Source of the DNA: Chloroflexota bacterium
Lineage (GTDB): Bacteria; Bacillota; Sulfobacillia; JBFLWA01; JBLNDB01
NCBI GenBank assembly: GCA_050261235.1
Contig: JBLNDB010000038.1
Span: 13,445-77,444, forward strand
DNA length: 64,000 nucleotides
Reading direction: 5' to 3'
Both the position numbers and the translations under genes were made by a program. Shown here in pieces: positions 1 to 8,886 of the stretch; positions within the stretch are counted from its first letter, which is position 1, and every line of letters starts with the position of its first letter. The notes beneath the pieces were generated by a model. It was not told the origin of the DNA. It did no database searches and saw only the letters and a program-made list of their open reading frames with translations.

Positions 1-1025
1 GGCGGATGCGAGCGTCATTCCTGATTCTCGGACCGCTCCTCGCCCGGCGCGGGCGGGCGCGCATCTCCCTGCCGGGCGGCTGCGCCATCGGCACGCGCCC
101 GATCGACCTCCATCTCAAGGGGCTGGAGGCGCTTGGCGCCAAGATCATGATCGGCCACGGCCGGATCGAGGCCAGGGTGGCCGACCACCTCCACGGGGCG
201 CACATCTACCTTGACTTCCCGAGCGTTGGCGCGACCGAGAATATCATGATGGCGGCAGCGCTGGCCTGCGGCACAACGACCATCGAGAACGCCGCCGCCG
301 AGCCGGAGATCGTCGATCTTGCCAACTTCATCAACACCATGGGCGGACGCGTCTATGGCGCCGGCACGCCGGTCATCCGCGTCGAAGGCGAGTCGGAACT
401 CGCCGGCAGCACTTATTCTGTCATTCCTGACCGGATCGAAGCGGGCACGTTCATGGTCGCGGCGGCAATCAGCGGCGGCGACATCATCCTCGAGAACGTC
501 GTCAGCGAGCACCTGAAGCCGGTCATCGCCAAACTCGGCGAAGCCGGTGTCGAAATCAGCGAGGAGACCGCCGGCCAACTCCGCGTCGCGGCGCGGACCC
601 GCCCGCGGGCCACTGACATCAAGACGCTGCCCTACCCCGGCTTTCCGACTGACATGCAGGCGCAGTTCATGGCCCTGCTGGCGATAGCCGAAGGCACCAG
701 CATCATCACCGAGACCGTGTTCGAGAACCGCTTCATGCACGTCGACGAGTTGAAGCGGATGGGCGCCCACATCAAGATCGAGGGCCGGAGCGCGGTCGTC
801 CGCGGGCAGCCGCAACTCCAGGGCGCGTCCGTCAAGGCCACCGACCTGCGCGCCGGCGCGGCGCTCGTTTTGGCCGGCCTGATCGCCGAAGGCACGACAG
901 AGGTCAGCGGCGTCGAGCACATCGACCGCGGCTATATCGACCTCGACAGCAAGCTGGCCAAGCTCGGGGGCGACCTGCGGAGGGTCGGCGGCGACCGGCG
1001 GCCCGCTGCCCCGCCGCTGGCATGA
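1..1025 (+). CDS. murA: UDP-N-acetylglucosamine 1-carboxyvinyltransferase MurA (5'-truncated at window edge)
   Basis: Translation shows MurA hallmarks (…[22 protein letters not shown]…, C-terminal EGTT…HIDRGY); the ORF runs from the window start and is followed by spoIID as in Bacillus (murAA-spoIID). Confidence 0.9.
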   Translation, partial: RMRASFLILGPLLARRGRARISLPGGCAIGTRPIDLHLKGLEALGAKIMIGHGRIEARVADHLHGAHIYLDFPSVGATENIMMAAALACGTTTIENAAAEPEIVDLANFINTMGGRVYGAGTPVIRVEGESELAGSTYSVIPDRIEAGTFMVAAAISGGDIILENVVSEHLKPVIAKLGEAGVEISEETAGQLRVAARTRPRATDIKTLPYPGFPTDMQAQFMALLAIAEGTSIITETVFENRFMHVDELKRMGAHIKIEGRSAVVRGQPQLQGASVKATDLRAGAALVLAGLIAEGTTEVSGVEHIDRGYIDLDSKLAKLGGDLRRVGGDRRPAAPPLA

Positions 1026-1083
1026 ACCTGTCCGCAGCCACATAGTCATAGATGACTGACGACTGCGACGGGAGGGGCAGGGC

Positions 1084-2073
1084 GTGCGCAAGATGCTGCT
1101 GATCTTCGTTGGCTTCATGCTGGTGGTGACGATCGTCATGCCGACGGTCATCGTCCGCGGCTGCAGCCTGGCCCCGGCCCCCTCGCAGACCGGGTCGGTC
1201 GACTCCGGCCTGTCGCTCCGCGTGTTCGTCACTGCTGAGCAGAAGACCGTCGAGATGGACCTCGAGGAGTATGTGAAAGGGGTAGTCGCCGCCGAGATGC
1301 CGGCCAACTTTGCGCCGGCCGCCCTTGAAGCCCAGGCGCTGGTCGCGCGGACATTCGCCGTCCGCCGCATGCGGATCCTCGGCGGCAGCGGCTGCGCGCT
1401 CCACGCCGACGCCGACATCTGCACCGACCCGACCCACGACCAGGGCTGGGCGTCAGCGGGCGAACTGAGGAAGAACTGGGGCATCTTCAACTACTACCGC
1501 TACTGGGGCAAGATCAGCAGCGCCGTCGCCGCCACCGCCGGGCAGATCATCACTTACGACGGCGTGCCGATCGACCCGGTCTACCACTCGACCTGCGCCG
1601 GTCATACCGAGAACTCGGAGGACGTCTGGTCGAACGCGGTGCCCTACCTGCGCGGCGTGGTATGTGAGACCGACGGCGATTCGCCGCGCCTGAAGGAAGA
1701 GCGGGACTTCACCCTGTCACAGCTCGAGCAGGCCATCGGCGCGGGCGCCGGGACGCTGGCGGCGATGAAGCGGGGGTCGGCGAAGGTCGTCGAGGTCCTC
1801 AGCGCCACACCCTACGGCCGCGTCAAGCAAGTCCGCATCGGTGACCAGACGCTGACCGGGACCGAACTCCGGAGCGCCCTCAGTCTGCGCTCGACCAAGC
1901 TGACGCTGTCCTGGAACGGCGACCGGCTCCATGTCGTCAGCCAGGGGTACGGGCACGGCGTCGGGCTCTGCCAGTACGGCGCCGGCGGCATGGCGAAGCT
2001 GGGCCTGACGGCGGACGAGATTGTCAAGCACTATTACACGGGCGTCGAGATCGCGCCGCTGACGGAGGATTGA
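1084..2073 (+). CDS. spoIID: Stage II sporulation protein D (SpoIID, lytic transglycosylase)
   Basis: N-terminal TM segment then a SpoIID domain (…ALKAQAVVARTFA…-like ARTFAVRR, YHSTCAGHTENSEDVW, LRGV); GTG start 9 nt after a GGGAGGGG RBS; placed after murA. Confidence 0.85.
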   Translation: MRKMLLIFVGFMLVVTIVMPTVIVRGCSLAPAPSQTGSVDSGLSLRVFVTAEQKTVEMDLEEYVKGVVAAEMPANFAPAALEAQALVARTFAVRRMRILGGSGCALHADADICTDPTHDQGWASAGELRKNWGIFNYYRYWGKISSAVAATAGQIITYDGVPIDPVYHSTCAGHTENSEDVWSNAVPYLRGVVCETDGDSPRLKEERDFTLSQLEQAIGAGAGTLAAMKRGSAKVVEVLSATPYGRVKQVRIGDQTLTGTELRSALSLRSTKLTLSWNGDRLHVVSQGYGHGVGLCQYGAGGMAKLGLTADEIVKHYYTGVEIAPLTED

Positions 2074-2101
2074 TTGATCGCCTGTCCCGTCTCCTCTGGG
2101 C

Positions 2102-2944
2102 ATGCGAATAGCCGGGCCCGTTTTTGGGCAGGATGAGCCCGGGGTGATCATGTTGAATGGCAATGACACCAAGGGCAGATTCCGCCTGAGCCTCGATTTC
2201 GGCCCCCTCCAGCGGCTGTTCCGCACCGGCATCAAGCCGCGCACGCTGCTCATCACAGCTCTGGCCTTATTCTTGATCATCGCAACCGTGTACGCCGCAA
2301 TCGCCTATCCGACGCTGTTCCGGCCGCCCCTGCCCGAGACCGATGATCCGGGGCAGTTCGGGCCGGGAAGCACAGACCGCACTTGCGTGCCGACCGCCGG
2401 CGCTGATGGCCCGGCGGTTCCTGTTTCCACTGGCGGCAGCGTCAGCGGGCCGGACGCCGCCGCGCCCGACCCAGCGAGCGAACCCGCAGCGCCGACAATC
2501 GCGACGCCACCGCCAGCCGAGCCTGAACCTGCGCCTGCACTGACCGCGCCGACCAAGCTCGCCTGGCCGCTCCGCGGCAAGACTCTGGCGGGCTTCGGCA
2601 TCGGCCAGTCGCTGACGCTGGGCGACTGGCGCCAGCATGACGGCATCGACATCCAGGCGGCGCAGGGCGCCTCGGTCGTGGCCGCTGCCGCTGGCATCGT
2701 CACGGTGTCCGAGAAGCGCAGCGACATCGGCGTGACCGTGGTCATCGACCACGGCGGCGGGATCACGACGACTTACGGCTGCCTTCATGTCACCGGCCGC
2801 AAGGCAGGCGACCGCGTCAACGCCGGCGATGAGATCGGCAAGGCCGGCAACTCGGGCATGTCCGAAGTCGCCCTGGAGAACCATCTGCACTTCGAGGTCC
2901 GGCGCAACGGCGAGGCCGTCGATCCGGCAGACTGGCTGAAGTAG
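2102..2944 (+). CDS. Membrane-anchored M23/LytM peptidase, SpoIIQ-like by position (intact HxxxD…HxH zinc site)
   Basis: N-terminal TM helix, Pro/Ala-rich linker, C-terminal LytM domain (DWRQHDGIDI, HLHFEV). Position between spoIID and spoIIID matches clostridial spoIIQ. Start codon uncertain (2102 or 2150). Confidence 0.7.
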   Translation: MRIAGPVFGQDEPGVIMLNGNDTKGRFRLSLDFGPLQRLFRTGIKPRTLLITALALFLIIATVYAAIAYPTLFRPPLPETDDPGQFGPGSTDRTCVPTAGADGPAVPVSTGGSVSGPDAAAPDPASEPAAPTIATPPPAEPEPAPALTAPTKLAWPLRGKTLAGFGIGQSLTLGDWRQHDGIDIQAAQGASVVAAAAGIVTVSEKRSDIGVTVVIDHGGGITTTYGCLHVTGRKAGDRVNAGDEIGKAGNSGMSEVALENHLHFEVRRNGEAVDPADWLK

Positions 2945-2998
2945 GGCCCTGTGGCTGCACGGTGCAGAGGATCCGGGAGCGTTCGCAGGGAGACCGAA

Positions 2999-3040
2999 GG
3001 CGTGCCGGTCATTGCGACCGACACGCCTTTGTCATTGATC
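2999..3040. terminator. Candidate bidirectional hairpin between convergent M23 gene and feoB
   Basis: Inverted repeat aaggcgtg…cacgcctt in the 107-bp convergent spacer; no strong U-tract. Confidence 0.3.
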
Positions 3041-3051
3041 CCAGGGCCGCA

Positions 3052-5139
3052 TCAGACCAGCGCCAGCACCATCCGCGCCACAAAGCCGATCGCGACCGCC
3101 AGCGACAGCGTCAGGGCCGTCACCGCGGCCGCCTGACGCTTGCCGAGCTCGCGCGCCAGTACGCCGTACGTGGCGAGGCAGGGGATGTAGAGGCTGCTGA
3201 CCAGGGCGAAGACGAAGATCTGCTTCGCATCCATCAGCGATGTCAGCGGCGCCGACGCAGTGCCGGCGACCATCGCTGCGAGCGCCAGCGTCAGTTGCAG
3301 GGCCAGTTCCTTGCGCAGGGCGGCGAACACCAGCGCGATGGCGACAATGGACGGCAGGCCGAGGATGCCGCTGACGATGGGCCGCAACGGCGCGACGAGG
3401 TAGTACATCAAGCCGGTCTCATAGAGCAGGCCGACGATGAAGCTGCCGACGATCATCAGCGGCAGCGCCTGCGTCAGGAAGTCGACGAATTTGCTCCAAG
3501 TCCGCTTCAGCATCGCCGTCAGGAGCGGGCGCCGGAGCGGGAACATCTCCATCACCAGTTCCTGCGTCCGGCCGGGCAGCAGCCGGTTGAGCGCCCAGCC
3601 GAGTCCGGCAATGATCAGGATGATCGTCAGGCCGAGTGCAGCTGCGGCGCCCCAGCCGGACACGACGCCGACCGAGCCGAGAATGACCGCGATCCGGGCC
3701 GAGCAGGGGACGAGCGTGATCAGGGTCGACGCGATGAACCGCTCGCGCCTGTCAGTCAGGATGCGGGTGCCGATGATGGCCGGGACGTTGCAGCCGGCGC
3801 CGGCGATCATCGGGATGATCGCCCGGCCGTTGAGGCCGATGCGGTGCATCGCCGAGTCGGTCAGGTAGGCGGCGGCGTTCAGGTAACCGCTGTCCTCGAG
3901 CAGCGACAGGATGAGTTCGAACGTGAAGACGAACGGGACGCCGATCGTCAGTATCGCCTCGACGCCACTGCCGAAGGTCCAGGTGAAGATGCGCGCTGCC
4001 GCGCCGGCACCGAACAGGGCCTGCCCGGCGGCCACCACCAACGGCGTGACGTACGTCTGCCAGGCGCCGCCGAGCGCTGTCGACAGGGCGCCGCCGACGG
4101 CGAACATGAACCAGCCGAGCGCGGCGACCACCAGTAACAGCAGCAACGGGCCAAGGCGCGGGTCGAGGCTGGCGCGCCAGAGGCCGAGCAGCCAATCGTG
4201 CCGCTCGGCGGTGCGCTCGACGACCTTGTCGGCGACGACGCCGGCGGCGCGCACGCGCTCGGCGGCCAGCGGCCAGGCGTTGGCCTGCTGCAGCTGGGCG
4301 CGGGCATCCGTGACGGCAGTACGCACCGCCGCCACCGCCGTCGCCGGGACGAGCGCCCAAGTGTCGTTGTCGTCTTCGATCAGCAGGCGCGCGAAGGCCC
4401 GCTGGCTCAGTCCGGGGGGATTATCCACGAGCTGGCTCGCGACATCGCGGCCGACCTGCGCGAGGATCGTCTCCGCCGGGGGCGACAGGCGGAGCGGGGT
4501 GGCGGGTTGCAGCGTCCTGGCCGACATGATCGCCCTCGCCAACTCCGGCAGCCCGGCTCCCGTCTGGCCGTTCGTCGTCACCACCGGCACGCCCAGCGTG
4601 CGTGCCAGGACATCTGCCCGCACACGGCGGCCAAGGCGGAGCGCCTCGTCCGCCAGGTTGAGGGCGACGATCACCGGCAGGCCAAGGTCGGCCACCTCGC
4701 CATAGAGCTGCAGGTTTCGCCGCAGGTTCGACGCGTCGAGGACGATGACGACGACGTCCGGACGGCGGTCGGTGAGCCCATGACGGGCCACCCGCTGATC
4801 CTCCGAGAAACCCTGGAGCGAATACGTTCCCGGCGTGTCGATGACCATCACCGCCTGGCCGTCGATGACCGTCCTGGCGATGCTCAGTTCGACGGTCTTG
4901 CCGGCGTAGTTGGCGGTGGTCACGTGTTGTCCCGTCAGACCGTTGTATATGCTCGACTTGCCGACGTTCGGGTTGCCGACAAGCGCCACGACGATATCAT
5001 CCGCGCCGATGGCAAGCGGGCAGTGCGCACAATCGACGTTGGGCCGGTGGCAGGTGCCGCCGTGGCAATGGTTGCCGCCGCCAACTGCCGGCAGCGGGGC
5101 GCCGGCGCCGTGACACGCTTTCCCACGCAGTCGCAGCAT
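3052..5139 (-). CDS. feoB: Ferrous iron transporter FeoB with an unusual Cys/His-rich 45-aa N-terminal extension
   Basis: G-protein motifs VVALVGNPNVGKSS and DTPG, followed by the polytopic FeoB core. Start is translationally coupled (ATGA overlap) to the upstream dtxR-like gene, with GGAGGG 7 nt upstream. Confidence 0.9.
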   Translation of the reverse strand: MLRLRGKACHGAGAPLPAVGGGNHCHGGTCHRPNVDCAHCPLAIGADDIVVALVGNPNVGKSSIYNGLTGQHVTTANYAGKTVELSIARTVIDGQAVMVIDTPGTYSLQGFSEDQRVARHGLTDRRPDVVVIVLDASNLRRNLQLYGEVADLGLPVIVALNLADEALRLGRRVRADVLARTLGVPVVTTNGQTGAGLPELARAIMSARTLQPATPLRLSPPAETILAQVGRDVASQLVDNPPGLSQRAFARLLIEDDNDTWALVPATAVAAVRTAVTDARAQLQQANAWPLAAERVRAAGVVADKVVERTAERHDWLLGLWRASLDPRLGPLLLLLVVAALGWFMFAVGGALSTALGGAWQTYVTPLVVAAGQALFGAGAAARIFTWTFGSGVEAILTIGVPFVFTFELILSLLEDSGYLNAAAYLTDSAMHRIGLNGRAIIPMIAGAGCNVPAIIGTRILTDRRERFIASTLITLVPCSARIAVILGSVGVVSGWGAAAALGLTIILIIAGLGWALNRLLPGRTQELVMEMFPLRRPLLTAMLKRTWSKFVDFLTQALPLMIVGSFIVGLLYETGLMYYLVAPLRPIVSGILGLPSIVAIALVFAALRKELALQLTLALAAMVAGTASAPLTSLMDAKQIFVFALVSSLYIPCLATYGVLARELGKRQAAAVTALTLSLAVAIGFVARMVLALV

Positions 5140-5777
5140 CAGGCAGCCCTCCTTACAATGACGCGTTCAGCCACATCCCGGCCGATGGCGTAGTTGGCGT
5201 CGCCGACCAGCACCAGCAACGGGCCATTGAGCGGCGCGCGGCTGACCACCGTCACGGTGGCCCCGGGCACCATCCCGAGCTGGGACAGGTAGCGCAAGAC
5301 CTCTGTCTCCTCGCGCTCGATCCGCAGCACCTCCGCTTTGGTCCCGGCGACGAGATCCGACAGCGGCTCGCCATCGTCGGCGGTGCCGTTGATCGGGTTG
5401 CCGTGCGGGCAGGTATCGGGCAGAGCCCTGATCAGCAGGCGCTCGACTTCATCGGAGATGACGTGCTCGTACTTGCAGGCCTCTTCGTGGGCCTGCGCCC
5501 ACGGCAGGCCGATCAGGTCAGTCAGCATCCGCTCGGCGAGGCGGTGGCGACGCACTAACTGCTCGGCGGCCTGGCGACCGGCTGCGGTCAGCGACACGCC
5601 GTGGCGCGGCTCGTATTCTGCCAGCCCCTTCATGGCGAGCGTGTGACACATTTCGGTGACCGACGGGCCTTTGACGCCAAGCGCGCGCGCCAGAGCGGAC
5701 AGTTGCACGCGACCGTGCGGTGCCAAGCGATAGAGCTGTTCGATGTACTCTTCCTGTCCCGCGATTTTCTCGCTCAT
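5139..5777 (-). CDS. DtxR/IdeR-family metal-dependent repressor with C-terminal SH3/FeoA-like domain
   Basis: HTH followed by metal site residues (…EMCHTLAMKGL…, CKYEHVISDE, PHGNPI) and a C-terminal SH3-like domain. Preferred start is ATG at 5777 (MSEKIAG), with AAGGAGG 7 nt upstream. Confidence 0.8.
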   Translation of the reverse strand: MSEKIAGQEEYIEQLYRLAPHGRVQLSALARALGVKGPSVTEMCHTLAMKGLAEYEPRHGVSLTAAGRQAAEQLVRRHRLAERMLTDLIGLPWAQAHEEACKYEHVISDEVERLLIRALPDTCPHGNPINGTADDGEPLSDLVAGTKAEVLRIEREETEVLRYLSQLGMVPGATVTVVSRAPLNGPLLVLVGDANYAIGRDVAERVIVRRAA

Positions 5778-5808
5778 GACGCCGACCTCCTTAGCCAACC
5801 CTACCAAA

Positions 5809-5827
5809 ACAACTTAGGCTAACCTAA
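5809..5827. promoter_or_regulatory. DtxR/IdeR-type iron box (operator) in the dtxR-feoB promoter region
   Basis: acaacTTAGGCTAACCTAA versus consensus TTAGGTTAGCCTAACCTAA: the right half-site matches 9/9, the whole box about 14/19. Confidence 0.55.
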
Positions 5828-5927
5828 TCATACGTCGGAGACACGTTGGCTGGCAATACCCCCAGACATGTTTGCTCCCCTCAGGCATATACATGCTAGC
5901 AGATTTGCCGGAGGGGAGCGGCTGGCT

Positions 5928-6191
5928 GTGAAGGACTACATCTGGAAGCGGGTACTCGACATCAGCGCCCACATCTGCCGCACGAAAGACACCGTGCGCG
6001 ATGCAGCCAAGGTGTTCGGCGTGTCAAAGAGCACCGTCCATAAGGATGTCACCGAGCGCCTGCCCAGGATAAGTCCTGAGCTGGCTAGGAAGGTCAAGGG
6101 AGTCCTCGAGACAAACAAGGCCGAGCGTCACCTCCGCGGTGGGGAGGCAACGCGCAGAAAGTACCGCACGACGCAAAAACCGGCCCATTGA
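5928..6191 (+). CDS. spoIIID: Stage III sporulation protein D (SpoIIID, mother-cell transcription factor)
   Basis: VKDYIWKRVLDISAHICRTKDTVRDAAKVFGVSKSTVHKDVTERLP…HLRGGEAT aligns closely to B. subtilis SpoIIID. GTG start follows a GGAGGGGA RBS; mreB/mbl follows as in Bacillus. Confidence 0.9.
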   Translation: MKDYIWKRVLDISAHICRTKDTVRDAAKVFGVSKSTVHKDVTERLPRISPELARKVKGVLETNKAERHLRGGEATRRKYRTTQKPAH

Positions 6192-6262
6192 CAGCAGGAG
6201 ATTAGTGGCAGGCGCTAGAACCTCTTCCCAGCTTGACCACGCAATGGCGGGAGGTCTCTGGG

Positions 6263-7324
6263 ATGTTGGGACTGGCAATGGACATCGGCGTCGACCTTGG
6301 GACGGCCAGCGTCTTGGTTTTCGTCCGCGGCAAGGGCATTGTGCTGCGCGAGCCGTCGGTCGTAGCCATCAACCGCGACACCAAACAGGTACTGGCGATC
6401 GGCGAAGAGGCCCGGCGCATGCTTGGCCGCACACCCGGCAACATCACAGCCATCAGACCCCTCCGTGACGGTGTCATTGCCGATTACGACGTCACCGAGC
6501 AGATGCTGCGCAACTTCATCGCCAAGGTCTGCGGTGGTCGCAAGCTGCTCTTCCGCCCGCGGATCATGGTCTGCATCCCATCCGGCGTCACCACGGTCGA
6601 GCGCCGCGCGGTGCGCGAAGCATGCATCCAGGCCGGCGCCGCCAAGGCCTGGCTGATTGAGGAGCCGCTGGCGGCTGCGCTCGGCGCCGGTCTCGATATC
6701 AGCCGGGCAAGCGGCAACATGGTCGTCGATATCGGTGGCGGTACCACCGACATCGCCGTCTTGTCGCTGTCCGGCATCGTCCTCAGTGAGTCGATCCGGA
6801 TCGCCGGCGACAAGTTCGATGAGGCGATCGTCCGCTACATCAAGCGGGAGTATAACCTGATGATCGGCGAGCGGAGCGCCGAGGAACTGAAGATCACCGC
6901 CGGCACGGCATTCCCAGATGGCCGCAACGAGACCGCCGAAGTCCGCGGGCGCGATCTGGTCGCCGGCCTGCCGAAGAACATCCAGGTCTCCAGCCGCGAG
7001 CTGTACGAGGCGCTCCAGGAGCCGGCGCTCGCCATCGTCGACGCGATCAAGGGCGTCCTCGAGCGAACGCCGCCGGAACTGGCCGCGGACGTGATGGACA
7101 AGGGGCTGGTGATGACCGGTGGCGGCGCGCTGCTGCACGGTCTCGACCGGCTGATCGCGTCGCAGATCGGCGTCCCGGTGCACGTCGCCGATGATCCGAT
7201 GTCCTGCGTCGCCACGGGCACTGGCAAGGCGCTTGAGATCGGCTTCGAGTCGCTTGGCGACGACACCGTCGTCATGCGCCCGACGATCAAGGCCTGGGAG
7301 GCGAAAGAGATCCGCGGTCGCTGA
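6263..7324 (+). CDS. mreB: Rod shape-determining actin homologue MreB/Mbl
   Basis: DIGVDLGTA…, EPLAAALGAGLDI, DIGGGTTDIAV motifs; RBS GGGAGGT 7 nt before the ATG at 6263 (alternative 6278). Confidence 0.9.
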   Translation: MLGLAMDIGVDLGTASVLVFVRGKGIVLREPSVVAINRDTKQVLAIGEEARRMLGRTPGNITAIRPLRDGVIADYDVTEQMLRNFIAKVCGGRKLLFRPRIMVCIPSGVTTVERRAVREACIQAGAAKAWLIEEPLAAALGAGLDISRASGNMVVDIGGGTTDIAVLSLSGIVLSESIRIAGDKFDEAIVRYIKREYNLMIGERSAEELKITAGTAFPDGRNETAEVRGRDLVAGLPKNIQVSSRELYEALQEPALAIVDAIKGVLERTPPELAADVMDKGLVMTGGGALLHGLDRLIASQIGVPVHVADDPMSCVATGTGKALEIGFESLGDDTVVMRPTIKAWEAKEIRGR

Positions 7325-7338
7325 ACGGGCGATTGCAG

Positions 7339-7367
7339 TTGACACCCCGGGCCACCGGTGCTATGAT
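7339..7367 (+). promoter_or_regulatory. Sigma-A-type promoter for the metK leader (TTGACA-17-TATGAT with TGn)
   Basis: -35 TTGACA at 7339-7344, -10 TATGAT at 7362-7367 with extended TG; lies immediately upstream of the S-box. Confidence 0.6.
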
Positions 7368-7400
7368 TTGTTTTGCTGTCCGCACCCGACAACCGAATAG

Positions 7401-7526
7401 CCTGCTCTTATCAAGAGAGGTCGAGGGAACTGGCCCGATGACGACCCGGCAACCGGTCCGCAACAGCGGACAGCGGTGCCAAGTCCAGCAGAGCGGATAA
7501 CATCCAATCTGGCAGATGAGAGGTTT
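7401..7526 (+). promoter_or_regulatory. SAM-I (S-box) riboswitch
   Basis: Canonical S-box core CTCTTATCAAGAGAGGTCGAGGGAACTGGCCCGATGA…GGCAACC…GGTGCCAAGTCCAGCAG…GATGAGAG directly upstream of metK. Confidence 0.9.
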
Positions 7527-7538
7527 TCACGGTCTCGA

Positions 7539-7566
7539 CCTCTTCCCGATTGGGAAGAGGTTTTTC
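7539..7566 (+). terminator. Riboswitch expression-platform intrinsic terminator
   Basis: cctcttccc-gatt-gggaagagg hairpin followed by TTTTT. Confidence 0.85.
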
Positions 7567-7609
7567 GCACTACTGCCGGGCAGAGTAGTTGACGAAGGAG
7601 GAGTATACG

Positions 7610-8809
7610 GTGGCGACGACTGACAAGAAACGGACGCTGTTCACATCGGAGTCGGTGACTGAGGGACACCCGGACAAGATGGCTGACCAGATCTCTGACG
7701 CGATTCTCGATGCCATCCTGAGGGGAGACCCGAACGCTCGCGTGGCCTGCGAGACGCTGCTGACCAGAGGTTTGGCGATGATCGCCGGCGAGATCACGTG
7801 CGCCTGCTACGTGGACATCCCGACGATCGTCCGCGATACGATCCGCAAGATCGGCTACACCCGCGCCAAGTACGGCTTCGATGCCGATACCTGCGCCGTT
7901 CTCGTGTCCCTCGACGAGCAGTCGCCCGACATCGCCCTCGGCGTCGACAAGTCGCTGGAGGCCAAGGCCGGCCAGACTGACGAGGCCGATTCGATCGGCG
8001 CCGGCGACCAGGGCATGATGTTCGGCTACGCCTGTAACGAGACGCCTGAGCTGATGCCGCTGCCGATTTCGCTCGCCCACGCGCTCGCCCGCCGGCTGGC
8101 GGATGTCAGGCGGTCGCGCCTGATCCCGTACCTCCGGCCGGACGGCAAGACGCAGGTGACAATCGAGTACGAGGACGGCGTTCCGGTGCGCGTCGACACA
8201 ATCGTCATCTCGACGCAGCACAAGGCTGATGTCGACCTCGAGACGATCCGCGCCGATGTCCTCGATAAGGTCGTCGCGCCGGTAGTGCCGCCCCAGTATC
8301 TGGACAAGCGCACCCGCCTGTTCGTCAACCCCACCGGCCGCTTCGTCGTTGGCGGCCCGCAGGGTGACACCGGCCTCACCGGTCGCAAGATCATCGTCGA
8401 CACCTACGGCGGCTATGCCCGCCACGGCGGCGGCGCGCTCTCCGGCAAGGATCCGACGAAGGTCGACCGCTCCGGCGCCTACGCCTCCCGGTACGTGGCC
8501 AAGAACCTGGTCGCCGCCGGCCTTGCCGACCGTTGCGAGATCGAGGTCGCGTACGCCATCGGCGTCGCCCATCCCGTCTCGCTGACCATCGACACCTTCG
8601 GCACCGGCAAGGTCGATGAGGCGACGCTCAAGGCTCTCGTCGACAAGCACTTCGACCTCCGGCCGGCCGGCATCATCAAGATGCTCGACCTGCGCCGCCC
8701 GATCTACAAGCAGACGGCTGCTTACGGCCACTTCGGCCGGACCGACATCGACCTCCCCTGGGAGCGGACCGATAAGGCCGACGCGCTGCGCCGGGACGCC
8801 GGGCTGTAA
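7610..8809 (+). CDS. metK: S-adenosylmethionine synthetase
   Basis: [43 protein letters not shown] motifs; GTG start 8 nt after GAAGGAGGA. Confidence 0.95.
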   Translation: MATTDKKRTLFTSESVTEGHPDKMADQISDAILDAILRGDPNARVACETLLTRGLAMIAGEITCACYVDIPTIVRDTIRKIGYTRAKYGFDADTCAVLVSLDEQSPDIALGVDKSLEAKAGQTDEADSIGAGDQGMMFGYACNETPELMPLPISLAHALARRLADVRRSRLIPYLRPDGKTQVTIEYEDGVPVRVDTIVISTQHKADVDLETIRADVLDKVVAPVVPPQYLDKRTRLFVNPTGRFVVGGPQGDTGLTGRKIIVDTYGGYARHGGGALSGKDPTKVDRSGAYASRYVAKNLVAAGLADRCEIEVAYAIGVAHPVSLTIDTFGTGKVDEATLKALVDKHFDLRPAGIIKMLDLRRPIYKQTAAYGHFGRTDIDLPWERTDKADALRRDAGL

Positions 8810-8886
8810 CCCCTGACAGGCATCGAACTGACACCTCCCGCGGCGCGTGCATAGCATGTGAGCACAGCGTTGCGGGAGGTGCTTAC

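Noticed and set aside
1026-1083. Sigma-E/sigma-K type sporulation promoters upstream of spoIID (1026-1083) and spoIIID (5822-5927)
   Set aside because: Only weak partial matches (CATAgA, CATACg) without properly spaced -35 elements. Not supportable by eye.
15-1490. 491-aa minus-strand ORF overlapping murA and spoIID
   Set aside because: Antisense to two strongly supported genes. Arg/Ala/Gly/Asp-rich low-complexity translation typical of GC-rich spurious frames. No RBS.
2962-4137. 391-aa plus-strand ORF inside feoB (opposite strand), and the 3752-4360 / 3911-4705 ORFs
   Set aside because: They overlap the well-supported FeoB on the other strand. Their translations are R/D/Q/H low-complexity.
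6215-7345. 376-aa minus-strand ORF antisense to mreB
   Set aside because: Antisense shadow ORF in high-GC DNA. mreB on the plus strand has all actin-fold motifs.
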